A stretch of DNA of 64,000 bases from an archaeon. GTDB taxonomy: Archaea > Iainarchaeota > Iainarchaeia > Iainarchaeales > GCA-2688035. Shown in pieces: positions 50,078-58,693 of this stretch; the first letter of the stretch is position 1, and each line of letters begins with the position of its first letter. The notes under the pieces are model-generated. The model was not told the origin of the DNA. It did not search any database and saw nothing but the letters and a program-made list of their open reading frames with translations. The stretch spans positions 48,155-112,154 of the forward strand of contig DATDTD010000071.1 of assembly GCA_035290965.1 (NCBI GenBank), read 5' to 3'. The position numbers and the translations under genes were made by a program.

Positions 50078-50870
50078 CTTTTTTCAGGTAAAAAAAGGCA
50101 ATCGCGCTTCCCGAGAAGGCGATTGAAAAGGCCCAGAACAATGCAAAAACAAGCAAATTGAGAAAATCAATTGCGACAAGGTCTGCAAGGGAAGAGCCGA
50201 TTGAGGAAACAACTGATGCTATTATTGAAACAAGAAGCAGGAAAATAATCAGCAACAAGAAACCCAAGAAGCCCCTGTTTGTGAAGGCCCAGGATTTTCC
50301 AAGCGCATCCCTCAAGGAAAGCTTTTCAATTGCCATTATAGGGACAAAAAAAACAAGTTTTACAAGCAAAAAGAAAACCAGCAGTGCGAGAAGCGCAAGG
50401 AGAACAAGCGAAACAGCCAGGCTTATTGACGCAAGGGCAAATAATTCCCAGAAAACAATTCCAAACAACGCGCCCAAAAAAAACATGAAAACAACTGTTG
50501 CAAGGGCGGCTTTCCATTCCGAAAGAGTTTTTGAAAAAGCCTCTCCAAGCGAGGGCTTTTTTTCAAGTGCTTCCGAGGCAAAATTTGCGTAAAAAAAGTT
50601 TGTGGCAACAACGGCAAAAGCAATTACAAAAGAGGCAATGAACAAAACCGCAATGTCAAAGGAATACAAGAACAAAATCTGGAATGGCAACCCAAAGAAG
50701 CTTGTGTCCGGAACCTGCCCCAGAACAGCAATGTTTACAAGCAGGTCAAAATACTGTTCGGATACAATGAAAAAAACAAGGAAAATAAAGCCTATGAGCG
50801 CAAGCCCCGGCAGGAAAGACAACGGATGCTGCAATGGTTTCCTGAAACCGTTCAGCAGAGAGCCGATCAA
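50055..50870 (-). CDS. polytopic membrane protein of unknown function
   Basis: At least six hydrophobic helices. Overlaps the start of the downstream gene by 23 nt. Confidence 0.5.
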   Translation of the reverse strand: MIGSLLNGFRKPLQHPLSFLPGLALIGFIFLVFFIVSEQYFDLLVNIAVLGQVPDTSFFGLPFQILFLYSFDIAVLFIASFVIAFAVVATNFFYANFASEALEKKPSLGEAFSKTLSEWKAALATVVFMFFLGALFGIVFWELFALASISLAVSLVLLALLALLVFFLLVKLVFFVPIMAIEKLSLRDALGKSWAFTNRGFLGFLLLIIFLLLVSIIASVVSSIGSSLADLVAIDFLNLLVFALFWAFSIAFSGSAIAFFYLKKGASANAR

Positions 50871-50931
50871 AACAAAACACCTGAGTAAAATATGTTTTTG
50901 TTATTTAAAACACTTGCTGTTCAAAAAAAAA

Positions 50932-51777
50932 TTATGCTTTTGCAAGGAAGCCTTCCAGGAGTTTTTTTTCCGTGAGAATCTGCTGTTCTGAAACATTTGT
51001 GCCGTGCTCGAAAATCAAGGGGATTTTTTTAATCTGCGGAATTGTTTTCATGAAAGAAACAGCCTCTTCAGAGGGAATGGGTTTGTGCTCGTCAAAAGTA
51101 TTTGCCCTGCTGTAATGCACATGCATCTGGACAATTTTTTCCTTAAATTGCAGCATTTCTTCCAATCTGCCCTCTGAAAGCGCATGCCCCATGTCCAAAA
51201 GAAGCCCTGCCTTCGGAAGCCTTGAAAAAAACTCTCTGAAATCATCCGCAGAATAAATTGCGGGCTTGAAATGCGAATCAGGCACAACCTCAATGCCAAA
51301 ACCAATGCCGGATTTTTCAGCAAGTTCAAGGGCAAATTCTGCTGCGGAAAAACAGCCTTCAAGCGCTTTTTCCTTTGGAATAGGCTTTCCCTTGTTTTTT
51401 GGATAGTGCATTGAATCCGGCTCTCCGAAAAAGGCCTCTGACAAATAACCCGGATGGACAGTAACGCAGACAGCCTCAACTTCTTCTGCTGCCTTGAACA
51501 TTTCCGCAAGGATTTTTTTGTTCTGGGCAGTAAGCCCTAAAGAAAGGTTAAACCAGTGCTTTTCAGGGAGAGGAGGAAACAAGCCATGCAGAGTAAAATG
51601 CATTTCTGAAAAATCCTTTTTTATTTTTTTCAGTGTCTGGAAAATGCCTTTTTCAAAAGTATGCGCTGCTCCAAGCTCCGCTGTTTCAAAGCCAAGCTCA
51701 TGAATGCGCTTCACTGCATTATAAACAGAAAATTTCTGGAATGCAAAATAGCTCGAGCTTAACCCTATCATAAGCAT
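50932..51777 (-). CDS. sugar phosphate isomerase/epimerase (xylose-isomerase-like TIM barrel)
   Basis: Typical family N-terminus …GFETAELG… and overall conserved pattern. 281 aa. Confidence 0.6.
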   Translation of the reverse strand: MLMIGLSSSYFAFQKFSVYNAVKRIHELGFETAELGAAHTFEKGIFQTLKKIKKDFSEMHFTLHGLFPPLPEKHWFNLSLGLTAQNKKILAEMFKAAEEVEAVCVTVHPGYLSEAFFGEPDSMHYPKNKGKPIPKEKALEGCFSAAEFALELAEKSGIGFGIEVVPDSHFKPAIYSADDFREFFSRLPKAGLLLDMGHALSEGRLEEMLQFKEKIVQMHVHYSRANTFDEHKPIPSEEAVSFMKTIPQIKKIPLIFEHGTNVSEQQILTEKKLLEGFLAKA

Positions 51778-51845
51778 GAAAACCAGGAAAAAGAAATGCC
51801 TGAAAAAGGTTAAAAATCTCTTGCTGCTAAAATAAATCGGTTGAA

Positions 51846-52565
51846 ATGAATCTCGGGATAAAAAAAGCGTTTATTCTTGCAGGGGGTTTAGGAGAAAGGC
51901 TTAGGCCCTTGACGCTTGAAACAGCAAAGCCAATGCTCCAGGTGCTTGGAAAGCCGCTGCTGCAATGGAACATGGAGCTATGCAAAAAGTTCGGTGTTGA
52001 AGAAATAGTGCTTGCAACAGGATACAAGCACGAACAGATTGAGGACTTTTTCAAAAGCGGCGAGCATCTTGGCTTGAAAATTTTTTACAATGTGGAAGAA
52101 ACTTTTTTAGGAACAGCAGGAGCATTGAAGTTTGCAGAGGATTTTTTCAACGAGGAAAAAAAATTCATTATGATGAACGGCGATGAGACAAAGGACATTG
52201 ATTTTTCAAGCGTAAATGAAACCCATGAAAAAAATTCCGCGCTTGCAACAATTGCGCTTACAAAAGTCAACGATGCAAGCGATTTCGGATGCGTTTCCCT
52301 GCAGGGAGAAAAAATTTTGGAGTTCAGGGAAAAAAATCCCTCTTTGAAAAATCCCGGCATTATTAATTCGGGAGCTTACATTCTTTCCGGCAAAATCTTT
52401 GAGCTGATTCCTTCAGGGGGCAAGGTTTCCATTGAAAAGGAAACCTTTCCAAAAATAGCCTCAATGGGAAGGCTTTTCGGAAAGCAGGTTTCCGGGCAGT
52501 GGTTTCCGACCGATACTTTTGAACGCCTGGAAAAGGCAAAAAAAGAATGGAAAGGCTGGAAATAA
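51846..52565 (+). CDS. sugar-1-phosphate nucleotidyltransferase (third paralog)
   Basis: KAFILAGGLGERLRPLT…AKPML G-loop/K-motif. Confidence 0.8.
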   Translation: MNLGIKKAFILAGGLGERLRPLTLETAKPMLQVLGKPLLQWNMELCKKFGVEEIVLATGYKHEQIEDFFKSGEHLGLKIFYNVEETFLGTAGALKFAEDFFNEEKKFIMMNGDETKDIDFSSVNETHEKNSALATIALTKVNDASDFGCVSLQGEKILEFREKNPSLKNPGIINSGAYILSGKIFELIPSGGKVSIEKETFPKIASMGRLFGKQVSGQWFPTDTFERLEKAKKEWKGWK

Positions 52566-52984
52566 GAATAAGTGGACAAAACAAATTTCCCGTTGGGAAT
52601 TGCTTTTTGGAGACTGCAAAAAAATTTATAGAAAACATACTGCCAATCCGCCTGGTGAGCGCTCCATTGCAAGGCAATTCCGCAACAGGCAGCAGTGGTT
52701 TAACAGATTTCAATTTTGGAAAAAAATTTTCGCTGGTGATTCGAAAATAAACACCTCCGTGTTCAAAGCCTATCCTTTTTCCTTGGTGAGCCCCAAAAAA
52801 ACCACTACTAATAGAAATAGCGCCTTTGAAATATTAAAAGACAGGTATAACCGGCTAACGATGCGGAATTAAGGGCTGATTAAAAAGAGAGAATAGCGCT
52901 AAACAAAAAAAAAGTCTGGATAGTTTTTTGCAGTAACAGACAGCAAACTAAAACAACGCTACAAACAATACGGAAAAGTATTCG

Positions 52985-53090
52985 GAAGATTCGAAGCAAA
53001 AAAAGAAATACAAAAAATGTTCAAAAAAGAGCCTTGCACTTTAAGTCAAGGTTGCATTTTTAGTCTGAAAGTTGCATTTAAAGTCTTTAA
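52985..53090 (+). promoter_or_regulatory. three direct copies of TTGCAyTTnnAGTC upstream of the RM gene, followed by TATA-like TTTTATATAG at ~53096-53105
   Basis: The three copies read cttGCACTTTAAGTCaagg, ggTTGCATTTTTAGTCtg and gTTGCATTTAAAGTCttt, spaced about 20 nt apart. Confidence 0.35.
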
Positions 53091-53126
53091 AGTGGGTTTT
53101 ATATAGTTTTTTTGCCTAAATCAAAC

Positions 53127-55730
53127 ATGCAAATTGAACAAACAAAAGCTAAAATCCAAGAGTTAATTGTGGATTTTAGAGCTAATTATTCAAAGTATGA
53201 ACAGGGTTCGGAAGCGAATACTGAAACCAAACTTATTGAACCCTTGTTTGAAGCATTAGGTTGGGTTAAACAAGATTTTGATAAACGAATACCTGCTCGA
53301 AGAGAAGGTAAACGAGGGATAGCGGATTACGCCTTTAAAGTTGGGGATAGAACAGTTTTCTTTTTAGAAGCCAAAACAGTCGGAATACCTTTAGAAAAAG
53401 AAGCCGATAAACAAGTTATTTCCTATGCCTTGTCAAAAAGAATCCCCTTTGCGATTTCTACTAATTTTGAAGAATTGAAAGTTTTTTGCGTTGAACAAGA
53501 AAATGCTTTAACACAAACTTTTAGAGTTTTCAAAAAACCAGAGGATTATATTATCAACATTCAAGATTTATTATTGTTATCCAAAGAAAGCTTTGAAAAT
53601 AATTTGGCTTTAAAAAAAGCCGAAGATGAAGGAAGACTCAAAAAAAGAATGTCTATTGACAAGGCACTTCTTGAAGATTTAATTGGCATAAGAAAACACA
53701 TTGTTGAAGATTTAGAAAAGAACTATGCCCAAATATATGATTTGAATGAAAAAGAAGAAATTGTCCAAAGAATAGTTGACCGCTTAATTTTCATTAGAAG
53801 GTGCGAAGATGTTGGAATCAATCCAGAAAACTTTTCCTTGAAAGAAATAACTGAATTACCTCATGATGAGGCGTATCCAAAATTAAAACAATACTTCAAA
53901 AAATACAACGAAATTTACAATAGCGGATTATTTGTTATTGGAATAGACAACGATTGTGATAAAATTAATGTTAATGGTTTAATAATAAAAAAATTAATTG
54001 ACTGCTTGTATGAATCAAAAGATAAACAATACATTTACAATTTTGATTGGATTGATGCAGATGTTTTAGGGCAGATTTATGAACAATATTTAGGCAAAAT
54101 ATTGCAGCAAACAAAATCAGGCAAAGCTAAACTAAAGAATGGGCAAGCACATAGAAGAGAATCGGGTATATATTACACGCCCACGTTCATTGTAGATTTC
54201 ATTGTCAAAAATACTCTTGGAGAACTACTAAAAGACAAAAAAGTAAAGTTGAAAGAATTAAAAATTTTAGACCCCGCTTGTGGGTCAGGTTCTTTTCTAA
54301 TAAAAGCCTTTGATTACCTCTATGGAAATTTATCAGATAGCGATGACGCAAAACAACACAAATTAGATGGGCAGGGCTCTTATTCAATCAAAACAGAAAT
54401 ACTGAAAAAAAATCTTTATGGAGTGGACTTGGACAACAAGGCAGTAGAGATAACAAAGTTGAACTTATTACTTAAAGCTGCAGAAAAAAATAGAAGGCTA
54501 CCAGAAGAAATAGATTTGCATATAAGGAATGGAAATTCATTAATAGACAATGAAAATATTGACAAGAATGCTTTTGTATGGAAAGGCGATTTTCAGGCAG
54601 AAACATTTGATGTTATAATCGGAAATCCACCATATGGGGCATCACTAAATAAAGAAGAGCGAAGTTTTTTCTTGGAAAATTATAAGTATCGGGACAAGGA
54701 TATTAACACTTTTGTTTTGTTCATAGAACGAGCAGAAAAAGTTTTAAAAAACACTGGAAAGTTCGGTTACATAGTTCCAAAAAATATAATCAAAACAGAT
54801 GATTATGAAAACATTAGAAAATTCATTTTTGAAAACTTTTCAATAGAATCTATAACCGATTGTGGCAAATCATTTGAAGAAGTTACTGGCGAAATGGTAA
54901 TCTTAATATTAAGAAAACAGAAAAAAAATAGCAATAAAACAAAAATCTTCAGAATAGAAAATGAGAAACTAACAGAAATTGGTTTAATAGACCAATCCGA
55001 ATTTGGAAAACTTGAAAAATATCGGTTTAATATTTGCCTAACTGAAAAAATTCTTGAATTACTCAACAATATAAAGCGGGATACTTTGCCACTTGGAGGG
55101 CAAGTAAAAATATTTCGCGGAGTTGAAACTGGAAAAAAAGACGCATTCATTAGCGATAAACCAAAATCAAAAAAATTTAAACCGATAATTGCAGGAAAAG
55201 ATTTGGATAGATATGTAATCAAAAACATTAGGTTCATTGAGTATAATCCCACGCTTATTGAATTTAAAGACGAAAGAATGTATAACCAACCAAAAATATT
55301 GGTTAGAAAAATAGCTGGAGAGATTCATGCCACTTTTGATAAAGATAATATTTATACTACACAAGGGGTTTACATTTTCAATAATCCAGACCAAAATAGA
55401 TTAAAATTTGTTTTGGGTTTAATAAATTCAAAACTAATCAATTGGTATTATGAAATAATTTTTAACATGGGTTCACACTTAACAACGAATGTAACTATTG
55501 AAAATCTGAAAAATATTCCAATTGCAAAGACAGAATCTGTAAAAATAGTCCATCTTGTTGATAAAATGCTTGCATTGAATAAACGACTAAGCGAAATCGG
55601 AGAAAAAAATACTGCTGAAACTAAAGACATAAAGGGAAAGATTGATGGTTTGGATAAAGAAATTAATCAAGAAGTTTACCAGCTATATGGTTTGACTAAA
55701 ACAGAAATAAAGATAATTGAAAATAGTTAA
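53127..55730 (+). CDS. single-polypeptide Type IIG/IIL restriction-modification enzyme (N-terminal PD-ExK nuclease, gamma-class N6-adenine methyltransferase, C-terminal TRD)
   Basis: PD-(D/E)xK-like DYAFKVGDRTVFFLEAKTVG near the N-terminus. MTase motif I LDPACGSGSFL. Motif IV IIGNPPYG. The ORF track begins at the TTG at 53112; the ATG at 53127 is preferred. Confidence 0.8.
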   Translation: MQIEQTKAKIQELIVDFRANYSKYEQGSEANTETKLIEPLFEALGWVKQDFDKRIPARREGKRGIADYAFKVGDRTVFFLEAKTVGIPLEKEADKQVISYALSKRIPFAISTNFEELKVFCVEQENALTQTFRVFKKPEDYIINIQDLLLLSKESFENNLALKKAEDEGRLKKRMSIDKALLEDLIGIRKHIVEDLEKNYAQIYDLNEKEEIVQRIVDRLIFIRRCEDVGINPENFSLKEITELPHDEAYPKLKQYFKKYNEIYNSGLFVIGIDNDCDKINVNGLIIKKLIDCLYESKDKQYIYNFDWIDADVLGQIYEQYLGKILQQTKSGKAKLKNGQAHRRESGIYYTPTFIVDFIVKNTLGELLKDKKVKLKELKILDPACGSGSFLIKAFDYLYGNLSDSDDAKQHKLDGQGSYSIKTEILKKNLYGVDLDNKAVEITKLNLLLKAAEKNRRLPEEIDLHIRNGNSLIDNENIDKNAFVWKGDFQAETFDVIIGNPPYGASLNKEERSFFLENYKYRDKDINTFVLFIERAEKVLKNTGKFGYIVPKNIIKTDDYENIRKFIFENFSIESITDCGKSFEEVTGEMVILILRKQKKNSNKTKIFRIENEKLTEIGLIDQSEFGKLEKYRFNICLTEKILELLNNIKRDTLPLGGQVKIFRGVETGKKDAFISDKPKSKKFKPIIAGKDLDRYVIKNIRFIEYNPTLIEFKDERMYNQPKILVRKIAGEIHATFDKDNIYTTQGVYIFNNPDQNRLKFVLGLINSKLINWYYEIIFNMGSHLTTNVTIENLKNIPIAKTESVKIVHLVDKMLALNKRLSEIGEKNTAETKDIKGKIDGLDKEINQEVYQLYGLTKTEIKIIENS

Positions 55731-55912
55731 TGTGTTCTTATTTTTCTATTGTTATTTTGATTTTTGCTTTTTTTCCTATGTGTTTGGCTAATTCTGGTTT
55801 TCTGATGTTTATTGTGCCATAGTCGTAGCTTTTTTTTGTGTTGTCAGCAAGCTTTTTTTTGTCTGTTGTTTTGCTGATTTTTCCTTCATATTCAAAGGTT
55901 GGCATACAATAG

Positions 55913-55966
55913 TATTCTATATAGAATAGGTTTATAAACCTAATGCAATATATTCTATATAGAATA
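55913..55966. repeat. two identical perfect 16-bp palindromes TATTCTATATAGAATA (55913-55928 and 55951-55966) immediately upstream of the transposase gene
   Basis: Read directly from the sequence. Each contains a TATATA core. Confidence 0.85.
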
Positions 55967-55984
55967 CAAGGAGTGTTTTTTATT

Positions 55985-57175
55985 ATGAATCCAAGACAAG
56001 AAAGGGGTTTGCAGATAGCGCAGACAAAAACAATTCAGGCAGGGATTGATGGTTGGGTTGTGCCTTCGCAATCAAGCAGTAGAAAGTATTTTGTTCGCAA
56101 GGATTTTTCTTGTTCCTGTCCTGATTGCAAGGAACATAATGTTAAGTGCAAGCACGCTTTTGCTGTTGAATATTTTTTGAACATTGAAAAAACAAACAGG
56201 CAGGGAGTAAAAACAATTGAAAAAGTCAGAGTATCTTATCCACAGGCTTGGCACGTTTATAATCAGGCACAGCAAAGCGAAGGAAAAATGTTTGACGAAT
56301 TGTTAAAAGATTTGGTTGCTGATTTGCCTGAAGAAGAATATTTTTTTGGCAGACCTTCTCTTTCAAACAAAGAATCTGCTTTTTGTTCAATCAAAAAGGT
56401 TTATTCAAGGCTTTCAAGCAGGAGAGCAAAAAGCCTGTTCAACAGAGCAGTTGATTCAAAGCAGTTGAATCATTCTCCACATTTTAACGCTGTTTCAAAA
56501 TTTTTGAACAAAGAAACCACTACTGTTTTGCTTCAGGAATTGTTAGTTAAAACTGCTGAACCTTTGCAGGCTGTTGAAACAAGTTTTGCAATTGATTCAA
56601 GCGGATTCAGAACAACAAGATTTAACGAATACTGCAAAGAAAAACACGACACCAAAAAAAAGCATGAATGGATTAAGGCGCATATTTGTTGCGGAGTAAA
56701 AACCAATGTAATAACAGGCGCATTAATAACTGAAGGAAGCGCAAACGACAGTCCAATGCTCCCTGAACTTGTTGTACAAACAAGCCAGACATTTGATGCA
56801 GGGGAATATAGTGCAGACAAAGGCTATTGTTCAAGAAAAAATATGCAGTTTATTTCAGATACTGGGGCAAAGCCGTTTATTCTTTTCAAAGATAACACAA
56901 AGCCAAAGGCTTTTGGTTGTAGTGCTTGGAGAAATGCTTGGCATTTTTTCTCCCTGCATAAAGAAGAATTTTTACAGCACTACCATAAAAGAAGCAATGT
57001 GGAAACAACTTTTTTTATGGTAAAATCAAAGCTGGGGGATTCAGTTAAAAGCAAAAACTTCACAGCACAAAAAAACGAATTACTCTGCAAGCTAATAGCG
57101 CATAACATTATCGTGCTGATTCAAGAGATTCACGAGCTTGGAATAAGTGTCAATTTTGCAAAAGAATATGTGTAA
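55985..57175 (+). CDS. DDE transposase (IS4/IS5 superfamily) with N-terminal SWIM-type zinc finger
   Basis: CxCx(n)CxH motif: SCSCPDCKEHNVKCKHAF. DDE candidates AIDSSGF, YSADKGYCS, and Y-2-R-3-E-6-K (YHKRSNVETTFFMVK). Confidence 0.75.
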   Translation: MNPRQERGLQIAQTKTIQAGIDGWVVPSQSSSRKYFVRKDFSCSCPDCKEHNVKCKHAFAVEYFLNIEKTNRQGVKTIEKVRVSYPQAWHVYNQAQQSEGKMFDELLKDLVADLPEEEYFFGRPSLSNKESAFCSIKKVYSRLSSRRAKSLFNRAVDSKQLNHSPHFNAVSKFLNKETTTVLLQELLVKTAEPLQAVETSFAIDSSGFRTTRFNEYCKEKHDTKKKHEWIKAHICCGVKTNVITGALITEGSANDSPMLPELVVQTSQTFDAGEYSADKGYCSRKNMQFISDTGAKPFILFKDNTKPKAFGCSAWRNAWHFFSLHKEEFLQHYHKRSNVETTFFMVKSKLGDSVKSKNFTAQKNELLCKLIAHNIIVLIQEIHELGISVNFAKEYV

Positions 57176-57486
57176 ATGCTTTTTGCTGTTAAAGATTTAT
57201 TAGGTGGTAAAAATGGTTTTTATTGATGACCACAACAGAAACAAGGCTGACCTTGATGGTTATGGAAAGAAAACGATTACAAAAAAAGAATTTGAAGAAA
57301 TTGTAAAAGAAGAAAAAGAAATGGGTGGGCTAATAACAAGAGCTATGCTTAAAAAAATGTATAATATAAAAAAATGATTTTCAAAAGCTATTTTTAAAAA
57401 AAGAATAAGCGTAAAAACAATTTGCTTTCTACTTCTAATAAGAATTGCATATTGGGAGATGCACTCCCTCAAAGATTGTGGCGCTA

Positions 57487-57511
57487 ACCACTATCTTAAA
57501 CAGATAGTGGT
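57487..57511 (+). other. perfect hairpin (8-9 bp stem CCACTATC / GATAGTGG, 7-nt loop) immediately before the ATG at 57516
   Basis: Seen directly in the sequence. Confidence 0.6.
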
Positions 57512-57515
57512 AGCT

Positions 57516-57713
57516 ATGAAAATAAAAAACAATCTGAAAGGGGGTGAACAAAAAGAGGGATTTAGAATGGCAATAAGAGTCAAAAAAGCAGATTTGAAAA
57601 CACTCAGCGTACTTCTTTCTATTTTTTTAGCCATTTCTACTTTTTTTCAAGCGCAATATGTTTTAACTGTAATTTTCATTATTTTTGCAGTAGTTCTTTG
57701 GCGGTTGGATTGA
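57516..57713 (+). CDS. tiny hydrophobic membrane protein
   Basis: Short ORF with a C-terminal TM segment. First of three consecutive small membrane-protein ORFs. Confidence 0.3.
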   Translation: MKIKNNLKGGEQKEGFRMAIRVKKADLKTLSVLLSIFLAISTFFQAQYVLTVIFIIFAVVLWRLD

Positions 57714-57714
57714 C

Positions 57715-57981
57715 ATGAGTGTAAAGAGCAATGTGCTGTTTATTATTGGGCTTGTTGTCATTTTGCACGCTTTATATTTTTCTTTTACAAATCCAACTAT
57801 GTTAACTAATTTTTTCTCTATTCAAACAATTATAATTATCCAACCCATTGCCGAGATATTTTTGGGTCTTTCACTCTGTGTAGTTTCTTTATTCTTTAAT
57901 GGTGGGAATGAAGATACTTTAGAAGCCGAAATAGGGCTTAGAAGTATTAAACTAAAAAAAACAAAAAAAGAGGTGAAATAA
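57715..57981 (+). CDS. small membrane protein (88 aa, two TM segments)
   Basis: ORF with hydrophobic helices. Stop and start are juxtaposed with neighbouring ORFs. Confidence 0.35.
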   Translation: MSVKSNVLFIIGLVVILHALYFSFTNPTMLTNFFSIQTIIIIQPIAEIFLGLSLCVVSLFFNGGNEDTLEAEIGLRSIKLKKTKKEVK

Positions 57982-58145
57982 TGGACATAATAAAATTTGT
58001 GCTTTCAATAATTGGTTTTTTCGTTGGTATTGGCTTTGTTTATTTTTTCATGCCATTTGCTTCAGCTACCGCCCTTTTCGTAGCCATTATAGGCATCATA
58101 GTCATTGCTTTGATTATAATTTTTTCTATTATAACCAATAGATAA
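57981..58145 (+). CDS. tiny membrane protein (54 aa, two TM segments). Not in the ORF track (<60 aa).
   Basis: AGGTGA Shine-Dalgarno 6 nt upstream of the ATG at 57981. Protein MDIIKFVLSIIGFFVGIGFVYFFMPFASATALFVAIIGIIVIALIIIFSIITNR. Confidence 0.35.
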   Translation: MDIIKFVLSIIGFFVGIGFVYFFMPFASATALFVAIIGIIVIALIIIFSIITNR

Positions 58146-58276
58146 AAAATTTTTATCTTTGCATTTTAAGTGTTCATTCTGCACTTTTAGTTCCCCTTTT
58201 TCAAGACTTTAAGTGCAAGGCTTCAAAAAAGAACAAGTTTATTAAGTAGAAAAAGGCTAAATAGAATTGGTTTTAA

Positions 58277-58693
58277 ATGAAAAAACTAGTGTTATTGGCC
58301 GTTTTAGTTCTGATTCTTATTGTAATACTTTTTGGCGTATTTTGGAGTAATCTGTTTGTGCCGCGAGTTAATCCAAGAGCAGAGCCTTACTTTGATTTTT
58401 CAAAAGCGGTTAATGCTCCGAACACAATTATTGTTTCGCAAAATTTGAGGATTCCACAAGGTGCCGTTTATACTGCTGGAATCTTTGCTGAAACAGCAAC
58501 AGGAATAGACGAAAACTGTGTAGAGATTCAAGCAAACGACCCAGTTACATTTACTGTTCACGAAGGCAAGCTTCTGCAAACAAACAAAGTAAGTACAACT
58601 AACATTTATTACAAGTGTGTTTCTGGAGAAACAATAGAAAAAAACACATGCCCGCTCTTTTGTACAATAAGTTTTGGAAAAGAACTAACTTGA
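58277..58693 (+). CDS. small secreted protein (138 aa), convergent with and overlapping the 3' end of protease gene B
   Basis: N-terminal signal/TM segment MKKLVLLAVLVLILIVILFGVFW. Cys-containing C-terminal part. Confidence 0.5.
   Translation: MKKLVLLAVLVLILIVILFGVFWSNLFVPRVNPRAEPYFDFSKAVNAPNTIIVSQNLRIPQGAVYTAGIFAETATGIDENCVEIQANDPVTFTVHEGKLLQTNKVSTTNIYYKCVSGETIEKNTCPLFCTISFGKELT

Larger units (their letters stand above)
55900..57200 (+). mobile_element. IS4/IS5-superfamily insertion-sequence-like element. Boundaries not resolved; no clean terminal inverted repeats found.
   Basis: Transposase with DDE spacing and YREK signature. AT-rich context. Adjacent to the RM gene. Confidence 0.45.
52740..58280. 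other. low-GC accessory island (approximate limits) carrying the RM enzyme, IS-like transposase and small membrane-protein genes
   Basis: Visible compositional drop to roughly one-third GC against ~40-45% elsewhere. Gene content is typical of mobile DNA. Confidence 0.5.

Noticed and set aside
57213-57377. 54-aa Lys/Glu-rich ORF (MVFIDDHNRNKADLDGYGKK…) after the transposase
   Set aside because: Too short and compositionally similar to its AT-rich background to call. It could be the tail of a degraded IS-associated gene.
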